From the NCBI GenBank assembly GCA_963422365.1, contig OY729426.1, positions 352,001 through 416,000 of the forward strand: a DNA stretch of 64,000 bases, given 5' to 3'. Source of the DNA: Nitrospirales bacterium (GTDB lineage Bacteria; Nitrospirota; Nitrospiria; Nitrospirales; UBA8639). The position numbers and the translations under genes are program-made. Positions 40,741-51,119 of this stretch are shown here, piece after piece (within the stretch, counting starts at the first letter, position 1; the number at the start of each line of letters is the position of its first letter). Below the pieces are notes generated by a model, which worked only from the letters and a program-made list of their open reading frames with translations, did no database searches and had not been told where the DNA came from.

Positions 40741-42681
40741 ATGCTGAATCCGTTTATCGCTCCTTACGGGTCATGGAACTCCCCTCTCACCTCAGACCGA
40801 ATTGTCTCAGAAGCAATCAAACTCGGACAAATCGCCCTCGATGGGGATCAGGTGTTTTGGGTCGAAAGCCGTCCCTGTGAGGGCGGGAGGAATACGGTTG
40901 TCCAATGGGATGCCGAAGGGACCCTTCACACCCTTACCCCTGACCCATTGAATGTTCGAACTCGAGTCCATGAATACGGAGGAGGGGCGTATTGTGTTTC
41001 GGAAGGAGTCGTGTATTTTTCTAATTTTTCCGATCAACGACTGTATCGACAGCGCCGAGGTGACGTGCCTGAACCCATCACTGCAGACGCCGCTCTGTGC
41101 TATGCCGATGGGCTCACAGACCACAGACGCCATCGGCTTATTTGCATTCGTGAAGATCAGACCCATTCCGACCAGGAGCCCCACAACGCCATCGTCGGCA
41201 TTGCTCTTGACGGCAACCCACGTGAAACATCCGGCGATATTCTGGTTTTCGGGAATGATTTTTATGCCTCTCCACGCCTGAGTCCTGATGGGCAACAGTT
41301 AGCCTGGCTGACCTGGAACCATCCCAATATGCCATGGGACGGCACGGAACTCTGGGTCGCCGACCTCCGGCAAGATGGCTCGGTCCAAACTTCACGATGC
41401 GTGGCCGGTGGCACGGATGTCTCCATTTTTCAACCGGAATGGTCGCCAGACGGCCAATTGCACTTTGTGTCGGACCAATCCGGCTGGTGGAACCTGTATC
41501 GATTGGAAAACGAGCAGATTACCTCTCTCTATCCCATGAATGCCGAGTTCGGCGAACCACAATGGGTGTTTGGCCAAAGGCTCTATGGGTTCGAGTCGTC
41601 TCATCACATCATCTGTGCCTACACACAAAACGGTTTTGGGTTCCTAGGACGTTTGGACACAGCACAACACACCCTCGAACGATTTGAGTTGCCTTACACG
41701 GCCTTCGACGACATCCACGTGCATCGATCCAACATTGTTTGTACGGCCGGTTCTCCATCCGACCCCACGACACTCATTCAGATCGACGCGGGTTCGCAAG
41801 CCGTGACCATCCTTCGCCGCTCGGTAGATTTTTGCCTGGACCCCCGTTATATTTCCATGCCTTCCGCCGTCACCTATCCGACCCAAGACGGAGCGACAGG
41901 GCACGCGTTTTATTACCCCCCACACAATGCAGATTTTCAAGCTCCCCCTTCAGAGCGCCCTCCACTCTTTGTCAAAAGCCATGGCGGTCCGACCGGAGCC
42001 TCTTCCCCTACGTTCAACTTGATGATTCAGTATTGGACCAGCCGAGGATTTGCCGTACTCGACGTGAACTATGGCGGAAGCACGGGATATGGCCGGGCCT
42101 ATCGAGAACGCCTCAACGGTCAGTGGGGCATTGTCGACGTCGATGATTGTGTCAGTGCGGTCATGGCGCTCATCGACCGGGATGCCGTGGACCCGACGCG
42201 TGTGACCATCACAGGGGGGAGCGCAGGGGGCTTTACCGCGTTATGCGCCTTAACGTTTCGCGATTGTTTTACGGCCGGGTCCAGTTACTACGGCGTCTCG
42301 GACCTCGAGGCGCTCGTTCGGGATACCCATAAGTTCGAATCGCGCTACCTGGACCGACTCATCGGCCCGCTGCCCGAACGGAAAGACCTCTATGCTCAGC
42401 GATCTCCCATTCATTTCACCGACCGGCTTTCCTGTCCCCTCATACTGTTTCAGGGGTTAGAGGACAAAGTGGTTCCCCCGAACCAAGCGGAGAATATGTT
42501 CAACGTGGTGAAATCGAAAGGGCTTCCCGTCGCCTATATTGCCTTTGAAGGCGAGCAGCACGGGTTTCGCCGGGCTGAGCACATCAAGCAAGTCTTGGAC
42601 AATGAACTGTATTTCTATTCGAAAATTTTCGGGTTTATTCCAGCCGACCCCGTCGCGCCCATTCCAATTAAAAATTTGTGA
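40741..42681 (+). CDS. S9 family prolyl oligopeptidase / acylaminoacyl peptidase
   Basis: APYGSW, HGGPT, GGSAGG, DKVV and EQHGF motifs. Confidence 0.92.
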   Translation: MLNPFIAPYGSWNSPLTSDRIVSEAIKLGQIALDGDQVFWVESRPCEGGRNTVVQWDAEGTLHTLTPDPLNVRTRVHEYGGGAYCVSEGVVYFSNFSDQRLYRQRRGDVPEPITADAALCYADGLTDHRRHRLICIREDQTHSDQEPHNAIVGIALDGNPRETSGDILVFGNDFYASPRLSPDGQQLAWLTWNHPNMPWDGTELWVADLRQDGSVQTSRCVAGGTDVSIFQPEWSPDGQLHFVSDQSGWWNLYRLENEQITSLYPMNAEFGEPQWVFGQRLYGFESSHHIICAYTQNGFGFLGRLDTAQHTLERFELPYTAFDDIHVHRSNIVCTAGSPSDPTTLIQIDAGSQAVTILRRSVDFCLDPRYISMPSAVTYPTQDGATGHAFYYPPHNADFQAPPSERPPLFVKSHGGPTGASSPTFNLMIQYWTSRGFAVLDVNYGGSTGYGRAYRERLNGQWGIVDVDDCVSAVMALIDRDAVDPTRVTITGGSAGGFTALCALTFRDCFTAGSSYYGVSDLEALVRDTHKFESRYLDRLIGPLPERKDLYAQRSPIHFTDRLSCPLILFQGLEDKVVPPNQAENMFNVVKSKGLPVAYIAFEGEQHGFRRAEHIKQVLDNELYFYSKIFGFIPADPVAPIPIKNL

Positions 42682-42734
42682 CCTGATGATCTCCGAAGGT
42701 CGGCTCCCCTCTTCCTTCATCGTGACTGAGCCGG

Positions 42735-43673
42735 TTATTGAAGCCGCTGAATCACCAACGCCCGATCAGTGGGGGTCACGGTCGCCTTGATGAAATCCCC
42801 GAATCGGAATTCTTCGGTCATCTTGGTTTTCAGCGTTCGTTCAACTCGAATTTCACCGTGCTCACCTCGGATGACATAGAAATCTCCATCGACCATCAAC
42901 ACTTGACCTTCGACGACTCTGATGTCGTCACCCTGAGCCACGGCTGAAGATGCGGCCGCTTGGACTCCACCCTCCCCGTCAGCCGCAGGCTTGCCTGCGG
43001 CCTGGACCGGAATCTGATCGGCACTCGGAAAGGAAGTTGCCTCATGAAGAACGACTCCAGACACATCATCTGGCCCGGCACGTTCGATCTTCAACGCCTT
43101 GTTGTTCATCAGGACCAAGGCTTTGATGCGATCCCCGTATTCGAATGCTTCCGTCACCTCGGTTTGATACGTGGCCTCGACGTGTATCTCGCCTCGTTCG
43201 CCCCGCACGATGTACAGGTCTCGATCAATATCCAGCAGATCACCGACGATGGTTTTTCTGTCCGGCTGTTGAGCGGGGGGGGGAGGCACAGAAGCTTCAG
43301 CCTTGTCTTTTTCCGCATTTTGGGTTACCGGCGCCTTGGCTGTCGCTGCCTTATTTTCCACCACTCCCGGCACGTCATCGGGCCCTGCGCGTTCGATCTT
43401 CAACGCCTTGTTGTTCATCAGGACCAGGGCTTTGATGCGATCCCCGTATTCGAATGCTTCCGTCACCTCAGTTTGATACGTGGCCTCGACGTGCATCTCG
43501 CCTCGTTCGCCCCGCACGATGTACAGGTCTCGATCAATATCCAGCAGATCACCGACAATGGTTTTGGTGGGTTGGTTCGATGCCCCGTCCTGCGCCAACA
43601 CATGAGGACCCTGCACCAAGAGGACAACACAAACGGCACTAAGAATTTTCAAAATAGCGACAGCCCCTTTCAT
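42735..43673 (-). CDS. Exported protein with three repeated small beta-rich domains
   Basis: Signal peptide (MKGAVAILK...VLA-Q). Repeat IVGDLLDIDRDLYIVRGERGE.HVEATYQTEVTEAFEYGDRIKA occurs twice, plus a diverged third copy. Confidence 0.8.
   Translation of the reverse strand: MKGAVAILKILSAVCVVLLVQGPHVLAQDGASNQPTKTIVGDLLDIDRDLYIVRGERGEMHVEATYQTEVTEAFEYGDRIKALVLMNNKALKIERAGPDDVPGVVENKAATAKAPVTQNAEKDKAEASVPPPPAQQPDRKTIVGDLLDIDRDLYIVRGERGEIHVEATYQTEVTEAFEYGDRIKALVLMNNKALKIERAGPDDVSGVVLHEATSFPSADQIPVQAAGKPAADGEGGVQAAASSAVAQGDDIRVVEGQVLMVDGDFYVIRGEHGEIRVERTLKTKMTEEFRFGDFIKATVTPTDRALVIQRLQ
43060..43565. repeat. Near-identical intragenic duplication of about 195 bp, 309-bp period
   Basis: cgttcgatcttcaacgccttgttgttcatc... 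at 43081 and 43390, with only a few substitutions. Confidence 0.92.
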
Positions 43674-43752
43674 TCCGCCACCACCTTTCCTGATAAACAC
43701 CGTAAGTTGGACGAGCCCCATGGAAGGTCCGCAGCACGTCATCCTTTCTTGT

Positions 43753-44529
43753 TCAAATAGTACCATACCCGTTCATCCTCATCCAGAGACTGCCCAGCAC
43801 CAGCACGGCCATCGTGACGAGAGCCACGTAATCTCGCGCCGTCATGTTCGAAACAAACAGGGGGTGCCGAACTTGTCCGGCCCCAAATCCTTTTGATTCT
43901 AAGGCCATTGCGAGAAGATTGGTCTGACGAAGGGTATGACCGATCAAAGGCACAATCAACGGAGGGTATCGGCGAATTTTCCCAAACACGCCCTTTGATT
44001 GCATATCCAACCCTCTCGACCGCTGTGCCTGAATCACAGCCCCGATCGAGCCGAGCAAATTGGGAACCCATCGAAAGGCGAGCGACAACGAAAATCCCAG
44101 GGAGCGGGGCACGCCTAATCGATTCGAGGCCTCGCTAAGCTCTTCAATGGCCGTGGTCGACAAGAGCACAATGCCACTGATGAGCATGGCATTCAGCCGC
44201 ATGCCCATTCCCATGCCATGGAGCACACCTTCTTGCATGACGGTCATCTCGCCAATCGTGAACAACGAGGTGGTCCCTTCCACAAAAAAAGGCCAGAGCA
44301 CCACGTTGTACACAAACAATAACACCAGCAAAATCCATATCTTTTTTACATTATGGAGACTGTGAGCCCAGAGGACCAGCCCCAAGACACCGCCGGAAAG
44401 CCCCAACAAATACACCGGGTCTGAAAAAATCATGCTTAGCGAGAAGAGTCCAAGAAGGCAGAGGATTTTGGTCCGGCCATCGAGCCGGTGCATCCACGTC
44501 TGAGCATCGACATACAAGGAACGGTTCAT
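43753..44529 (-). CDS. ecfT: ECF transporter T component
   Basis: HRLDGRTK, AQRSRG and ALESKGF motifs; TM helices. Confidence 0.88.
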   Translation of the reverse strand: MNRSLYVDAQTWMHRLDGRTKILCLLGLFSLSMIFSDPVYLLGLSGGVLGLVLWAHSLHNVKKIWILLVLLFVYNVVLWPFFVEGTTSLFTIGEMTVMQEGVLHGMGMGMRLNAMLISGIVLLSTTAIEELSEASNRLGVPRSLGFSLSLAFRWVPNLLGSIGAVIQAQRSRGLDMQSKGVFGKIRRYPPLIVPLIGHTLRQTNLLAMALESKGFGAGQVRHPLFVSNMTARDYVALVTMAVLVLGSLWMRMNGYGTI

Positions 44530-46952
44530 GGCACGTGCCAAGCCTTTCGCACCTCCCCAACTGTCAACAACGTCACGCCCCACCGATGCGCAAATCGAGT
44601 GAGTGACGGCAACGCCAAGGCCGCAGACCGGACGAGCTCGGGATCTGAAAAAATTTCTCGTGTCGGACCATCCGCCAATACTGTGCCGTGTCGCATCAGC
44701 ACACATCGTGCTGCATAGTTCGCGACGATTCCCATGTCATGTGTCATCATCAGAATGGTATGTCCTTGTTGATTCAGCAGGCGCATCATATTCAGCATGC
44801 GAGTCGATTCCTCTGCGTCAAGCCCGGTGGTGGGCTCATCGACAATCAAGATTTGAGGCTTGGCGGCAAGGATGGACGCGACTGCCACGCGCTGTCGTTC
44901 GCCTTTCGTCAGAGAAAAGGGATCCAGGTCTTCGGCCCCGGTCAAACCGACCGCCTGAAGTGCTTCGGTGACTCGGGCTTCGCATTCATCCGGGGAACAT
45001 CCCGCATTCTGCGCGCCAAAGGCGATTTCTTGACTCACGGTTTCCGCAAAAATCTGATGGTCGGGATTTTGAAAGACATGCCCAACGAGCGACGACAACC
45101 GACCGACCCCGGTTTGTTGCGTGTCGTTTCCGAGGACCAGAATGCGGCCTTCCGATGGCAACAGAAGACCATTGCATAATTTAGCAAGCGTGCTTTTGCC
45201 CGACCCATTCTGCCCAAGAATCGCCACAAATTCCCCGGCCCGAAACGATAAAGAAACCTGGGAGAGCACCGGAACGTCGGGTTGGTAATGAACCGACACC
45301 TTCCTGAGTTCAAGAACGTTTGCCGAAGATTCGGATCGGACAACGTCCGAACCCGTCTCGTGTAACTGTGACGCGACAACAGTCAGGCCAAGGGTATCGG
45401 CCCATTGCCAAGCTTCTTCAACCGTGGCTGGTAAGGCTTGAGCCCCATGGCCTTGAAAACATTCTGCTAACGGGTAGAGGCTCACGCCATATCGTTCTGC
45501 CAGATCAGGTTGACTGAGAAGGTCACGAGGGGTGCCTTGCCACATGATTTCGCCTTCATCCAGCACACACACTCGGTCTGCCTTCATCAAGGCTTCGACT
45601 CCATGTTCAGCAATGATGACCGTGATCCCTTTTGTTTTCAGATTTTCCAAGAGCAGGATACACTGCTGTCTGCCAGCAGGGTCGAGATCGGTCAGCGGTT
45701 GGTCCATGACGATCACCGGAGGTTCCCGAACCAAGACCGAGGCCAGCACCAAGCGCTGCCGTTGCCCTCCGGATAAAGAACAGGGGTCACGCCGTTCCAA
45801 ACCCGACAGCCCAACCAGATTGAGAAGGTGTCGCAGATGCTTGCGGAGGGACTCTTCGTCAGTGAAGTCGCGCGTTTCTCCCTGAGCTTCCAAGGCGCAT
45901 CGAAGTTCCGCCTCCACGTTGGTCGAGACCAATTGCGTTTCAAAATCCTGAAACACCATTCCGACTCTATTCGCCTGTTCCCACACCGGTGATTGGGTCG
46001 TGGATTGTCCGTGTACCATCACCGTGCCGACAAAGTCGCCTTGCACAAATTGGGGAACCAGCCCATTCAAGGCATAACACAACGTGGACTTCCCTGATCC
46101 GGTCCGGCCCATCAACACGACCAATTCTCCACGTTGAACGTCTAAGGAAACGTGTTTGAGGACGGGATACGCCGCATGAATCGGGCGAAACGAGAGACCC
46201 TGAATGGATACGGCAACGGACGCGGCTTTCGTCGATTGCGACGATGATGGTGAAACCGAAGGAAATGGACCGTCAGAAGGATCTTGCCTCTTTCTCACTC
46301 GACCTCCGAAAGCCAGATCACCGTAATACAGGTTCCATTGTTTGACTCGTGGATAGAGGAACAACAGAAGCGGTGGGCCGAGCAACAGAGCCATCACCAA
46401 GTTGTTGAAAAAAATGGCCGGCGATAAAAGCCAAAACGGGAGGAGACCCAGGAGCTCCACGCCCCACCCGATCGTGACTGCACACACCATGGAAGCCGCT
46501 GCGCAGATGACCACGTATTCCAAGCCTTGCTTCCAAGAACGTACCATGGGTTCTCGACCGGACGACAACCACCCCAAGTTTCCCCACAACAGATAGGGCA
46601 CGTACCCATAGAGAAAATTTCCCAGAAACCCGAACACACTGGCCGGCCCCAGCGTGCCAAAACAATCCCCGATCACATTGCCGATTCCCGCACCCCACGC
46701 CGCGGCAGGGCCAAAGAGGAGCGAACTGACAATGGGAATGACGTTAGCCGGTCGCAGCTCCACAAAGCCGGGGATAATGGGAATCCCCACCTTAAAAGGA
46801 ATGAGCACGGCCGCATAAATTGCCGCAATCTGCGCGGATAAGACCAACAGCCGGGTATCGCACCAGACGTGCCGGAGTTCCCTGTACCATCGACGCGGAT
46901 TCCAGGACGAAAGGGATGTATCCACTGGTGGCTTTAAGAAGTCATGAAACAC
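44526..46952 (-). CDS. ECF transporter: S component (QueT-like) fused to two ATPase domains
   Basis: N-terminal membrane domain (LFGPAAAWGAGIGNVIGD), then GRTGSGKST/LSGGQ and GQNGSGKST/FQNPDHQ/DEPTTG. Confidence 0.85.
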   Translation of the reverse strand: MFHDFLKPPVDTSLSSWNPRRWYRELRHVWCDTRLLVLSAQIAAIYAAVLIPFKVGIPIIPGFVELRPANVIPIVSSLLFGPAAAWGAGIGNVIGDCFGTLGPASVFGFLGNFLYGYVPYLLWGNLGWLSSGREPMVRSWKQGLEYVVICAAASMVCAVTIGWGVELLGLLPFWLLSPAIFFNNLVMALLLGPPLLLFLYPRVKQWNLYYGDLAFGGRVRKRQDPSDGPFPSVSPSSSQSTKAASVAVSIQGLSFRPIHAAYPVLKHVSLDVQRGELVVLMGRTGSGKSTLCYALNGLVPQFVQGDFVGTVMVHGQSTTQSPVWEQANRVGMVFQDFETQLVSTNVEAELRCALEAQGETRDFTDEESLRKHLRHLLNLVGLSGLERRDPCSLSGGQRQRLVLASVLVREPPVIVMDQPLTDLDPAGRQQCILLLENLKTKGITVIIAEHGVEALMKADRVCVLDEGEIMWQGTPRDLLSQPDLAERYGVSLYPLAECFQGHGAQALPATVEEAWQWADTLGLTVVASQLHETGSDVVRSESSANVLELRKVSVHYQPDVPVLSQVSLSFRAGEFVAILGQNGSGKSTLAKLCNGLLLPSEGRILVLGNDTQQTGVGRLSSLVGHVFQNPDHQIFAETVSQEIAFGAQNAGCSPDECEARVTEALQAVGLTGAEDLDPFSLTKGERQRVAVASILAAKPQILIVDEPTTGLDAEESTRMLNMMRLLNQQGHTILMMTHDMGIVANYAARCVLMRHGTVLADGPTREIFSDPELVRSAALALPSLTRFAHRWGVTLLTVGEVRKAWHVP

Positions 46953-46988
46953 GATTCCGGATCGAGAATGATTGTCCAGTCCATGTTT

Positions 46989-47552
46989 TCAGCATTGGCT
47001 TAAAGGACGATCAGTGAGTCGAGTCCTTCTGCTCTTGGGCGCAGGAAACGGCAGACTTTTTATTGTGTCAAGAGTGATAGTTATTGAAACGGAAGTTTTT
47101 GCCTTTTCGGCAATCTTTTCCAAGATTTCTTTGATGGCAATCTCCAAATACATTCTTTCGTTAATCGCTTCCTCTCTCAACCTGACGACCAATAGCAACA
47201 TCTGATGATGCGTGGCTGGGGTAATGGGAATTTTGTCATTTTCCCATCTGGATATGGTCCCGCGCTTGACAGACCCAAGGAGTCTGCCCAATTCCTCGGC
47301 GGTAAGGCCGACCCACTTCCTCAAAAACCTGAATTCTTGGCCTCGCCAGATGGTTTTTTTATTTAATAACCTATAAGCAATCGCATCGTGCAGGCGTTCT
47401 ATTTGAGGAATTTCCATAAATTTTTGTCCGCACACACAGGCATGGAGCCGTGCGCCGTCTTTTAGATACACATTATCTAAACCAGATTCCTTATAGTGAT
47501 AGCGCTTGATGACTGAGCACTCAGCCTTCTTTCCACAAGTAGGGCAGACCAT
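46989..47552 (-). CDS. MqsA-like antitoxin (zinc finger + XRE HTH)
   Basis: CPTCG...YKESGLDNVYL...CVCG and EFRFLRK..GLTAEELG..TISRWEN motifs. Confidence 0.8.
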   Translation of the reverse strand: MVCPTCGKKAECSVIKRYHYKESGLDNVYLKDGARLHACVCGQKFMEIPQIERLHDAIAYRLLNKKTIWRGQEFRFLRKWVGLTAEELGRLLGSVKRGTISRWENDKIPITPATHHQMLLLVVRLREEAINERMYLEIAIKEILEKIAEKAKTSVSITITLDTIKSLPFPAPKSRRTRLTDRPLSQC

Positions 47553-47840
47553 TTGCTGGTACCTCCTCCCCCTAGAAAAGCGAAAACCCGTTATTGCGAC
47601 GACGCTTGAATGACTGTTGACGACTACAACGACAGCCATCCATTGATGGTCACAATTCTATCCACATATTTTGTAACGCCAGGAAACGCCATCCCAACGA
47701 ACATCCTCTAAGACTTCCCACTCTCGGCAAACGTGAAGCAAGTCTTGAATCGTCACTCCATGTTTTTCCAATTTTTCAAATAAGTCTGGTTGGTAAACAA
47801 ACTTTGCGCGATCCTTCTCTGCCAAAGTTTCCTCGATTAC
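47553..47840 (-). pseudogene. DUF4258-like toxin with internal stop
   Basis: KHGVTIQDLLHV..WRYKICG*..MAVVVVV..VVAITGF; TAG at 47658-47660; lies upstream of the antitoxin. Confidence 0.55.
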
Positions 47841-48112
47841 CCCTCCTCAGCTCTTCGTTTCCTCGTTGTGGCATAGAGATCTCAGATGTAACAAAATGTT
47901 ACCTTATCCTAAGCAAATCGGTAAATACGTAAACCCGTTTACGATCCTTTGCCTAGCGAGCTTTTGCTGCCTTTTCAGCAATTGGGTTGAATTTCCTGGC
48001 AGAAAGTTTTTCAGAGTTCGTTTTGCCACCCTTCAAGTCCTTCAAGACGACCGAAGGCTACGCAGCGGGATTCTTAGGGAAGGTTTCAGTCGGTACGGAT
48101 AGACAAGAAAGG

Positions 48113-50772
48113 TCAAGCGACGTACGAAAAAGAACTGGCTAATGCTTGAAGCGTTTTGTTTTCCGCAACGGCATCATGCGGGATCAGCAGATAGGACCAG
48201 GATTTTCCGTCGTGCGTCTTCTCGTGCTCAGTGGCCCGTTGGCACCAACCCACAGCCGCGTTGGCTTTGGCCAGAACATCTTTTTGGTTCATTTGATTTG
48301 CACGCGTGGGTTCGCAGAGATACTTGCTGATTTTTGTTTCGACAACAAAATCAGGTTCATAGGCTTCATTGTCATGGGAGTCAATCTGAAAGTCTCCCTT
48401 TCCAGGCTTGACCCATTTCAAGATGTCGTCGTCATGCTCCAGAATCACCGAAAACCGCCGTTCCGTGTCCGAATCAAACTTTTGAATCGAATACAGACAC
48501 TTCTTGAATCCTTCAAAAAGCATGTCCCGAACCAAGTGCTTTTCATCCACCGGCTGACGAAAGTTCCTTGCGGTCTCGTGTGCAGGCGCAGAATAGTGAT
48601 GTGGCGGTAAGGTGGTGAAGCCTTTGCTGACCACTGGCGCATAGTCCGTCGCGTTTTCCTGATAGTGGTCCTGCATTTGAGTATGGATACGGTTTACGAG
48701 AGTTTGCTGGTGGTATTGCAACACATTCAGCACGTCTTCTTCACGACCCAGGTAGGATGTGAGGTGGCTGACGACCTGCCCTGCAAGGGTATAGAGTAAC
48801 TCCGCGTGATCATCATAATGAACGTCGTCGAAGTCGATGAGCCCGCGGACGAGGTAATCTTCAAGCCTGTTTTCAGAAATCATGCCGCTTCCGCTGACCA
48901 GACGATATTGCTCGTGATCATGAAGGTGCTGAATGAGAATGTCTTGGGATACTGGTTGAAGGCAGATTCCCCTCACGTCGAGATTGAAGTCGTCGAATCC
49001 ACACGTCACGTTCCCTTGAGGGATGACAATGATCTTGGGAATATCGATGGACGACTTGATATACGCCTCCGTGGTTTCAGCCACCACCTCGCTGATATTC
49101 ACGGTCTCGTTGATTCCTTCAAGCCCGTACCGAATCGGTCCCATTTCCGCTGAAACCTTATCGACCATTTCCCGTTGAATCTCTAGTGACCTCAAATCCG
49201 CCGAGCAGGGCAGGCGTTCATACTGCTGAATCACATGGAAAGCCGCCGCCGCAATGTTCCGTTCTTCGGGTTCAGAAAACAAAGCTCTCTGGCCTTCGAG
49301 TGTCCCCGCTAAGGAGTCACTGATCCGATTGACGATCACGGGATCGACTCGAACAACCCGTGTCGGCTTGTCGGGAATATCTTTGCCGATGACGACGCCC
49401 GTCCGAATGATCGAATCCGGCCGATTTGCATTGTCAACGATTTCCTGAAATCGATCATGTGAAACGATGGTCAGCCGATCAACCGTCGGCACGCCCACTC
49501 GTGTACCGTAAGGGAGTCGGAGCCCCCGCCCGATGGACTGCTCCACCAGCGTTTTGGAATTCGCCGCCCGAAGCGGGACAATCGTGTACAGATTGGTGAC
49601 GTCCCACCCCTCTTTTAGCATGTTCACGTGAATCACGATTTCAGTCGGGTTGCCGGGGTCTTCCACCGACAGGAGTTGCTGAACGGTTGCATCCCGTTCT
49701 TCTCCCGTTTGGCCGGAGTGGACCGTAATGACGCAGCCCTTGTAGCATCGAAAAAAGACTCGTCCTCTATGATCTTCACAAGGCTATCGGCATGGTCGGT
49801 ATTTTGGGCAACAACCAGCATAAAGGGCTTGACGAGAGGCTTGTCGTGCTGTCGTGCAAACACAGCCAATTCGGTCTTCGTGTGTTCGTAGATGCGAATC
49901 CCATCTTCCAGCTTTAACTGTTCCAGGCTCTCGTCGGTGTAATGTCGTGCCTCGAAATTCTCACGAGTGGCCACCGCCGGCTCTTTGACAAACCCATCGG
50001 CCAGTGCACGGGACAAAGGATAGCTGTACCCGACGTTCTTGAACGGTTCCGTACGAGACCCCTTTTCCACCTGAGGCGTGGCGGTGAGTTCGAGGCCCAA
50101 GATGGGTTTCAATTCATGAATAGCCCGTACCCCAGCGGAGGCGCGGTATCGATGGGACTCATCCATCAGCAAGACCAGGTCATCCAATTTCGAGAGATAG
50201 GTAAAAGAACTCTCGCCGATAGATTCGCTCAGGCGCTTGATGCAAGGAGACTTTCCCCCACGCACTTCGGCATTGATTTTCGAGACGTTGAAGATATTGA
50301 CCTGGATGGGGCCGGTATCAAACAAATACCTAGGTCGCACCCCTCGGCCGGTTTCATAATTATCGCCGGTGATGATCTTCGGCGGATCCGTGGCAAATGC
50401 GGAAATGCCTTGGAACACGTATTTGGAAGTATTGGGAGTAAAGTCGAGGAAGAGTTTGCTGTAAATCGTCAGGTTGGGAGCCAGAACAAAAAAATGCCGA
50501 ATCCCTTTGACTTCATACAAATAGGCGATGAACGCGCCCATCAGCCTCGTCTTGCCCACCCCTGTCGTCAGCGCAAAATATAAAGAAGGAAAGTCCCGCT
50601 CGAAATCCGTCACCGTGAGGAACTTCTGCTTGAGAATCTCCAACGCTTCGGCCGAATCCACTTGTTTCTCCAGTGGAATCAAATCACACACGTGGGCGAG
50701 AATCTCCAGCGAATCCCGCTGCGGTGAACGCAGACTCAAGCGGTCGGCAATGGCATTGACGTGATGACTCAT
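48113..50772 (-). pseudogene. res: Type III restriction enzyme Res subunit, frameshifted
   Basis: TGVGKT, DESH, LTAT, MLKEGWDV, EQSIGRGLRLP and YEPDFVVET motifs. Frameshift near 49750; nuclease ExK appears as EPT. Confidence 0.88.
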
Positions 50773-50799
50773 AAGGAAGTATCCGCGTCAGCTCGTGGA

Positions 50800-51101
50800 A
50801 GCCAGTTTTTTGGGATGAGTCTCAAACTGAAAATTCATCAAATTTACCGGCTGTGGTCGTCTCGAGAGATAAAGCACCTCGATACCAACGACCTGATCGG
50901 GTTTGTCTGTTTTCTCACAATGACGCGCAGCACACGCCCCTCGTATTCCTGAATTCGACTCAGGCGATGCTCTAGTTCCAAATCAAAATGATCCGGTTCC
51001 ACGTGCTCAGGTTCCGCAAGCACCCGTTCAATCCACTCCATCTAGATAATCGGACGTTTTCGTAAACTTTCACGTGCATGTTCGGTAAAATTGTAGTGCA
51101 T
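50800..51101 (-). pseudogene. Collapsed DUF4258 toxin / DUF2283 partner pair
   Basis: MHYNFTEHARESLRKRPII*MEWIERVL..GRVLRVIV runs into VGIEVLYLS..NFQFET (DUF2283-like tail). Confidence 0.55.
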
Positions 51102-51119
51102 CATTCAGTGTCCATCACA

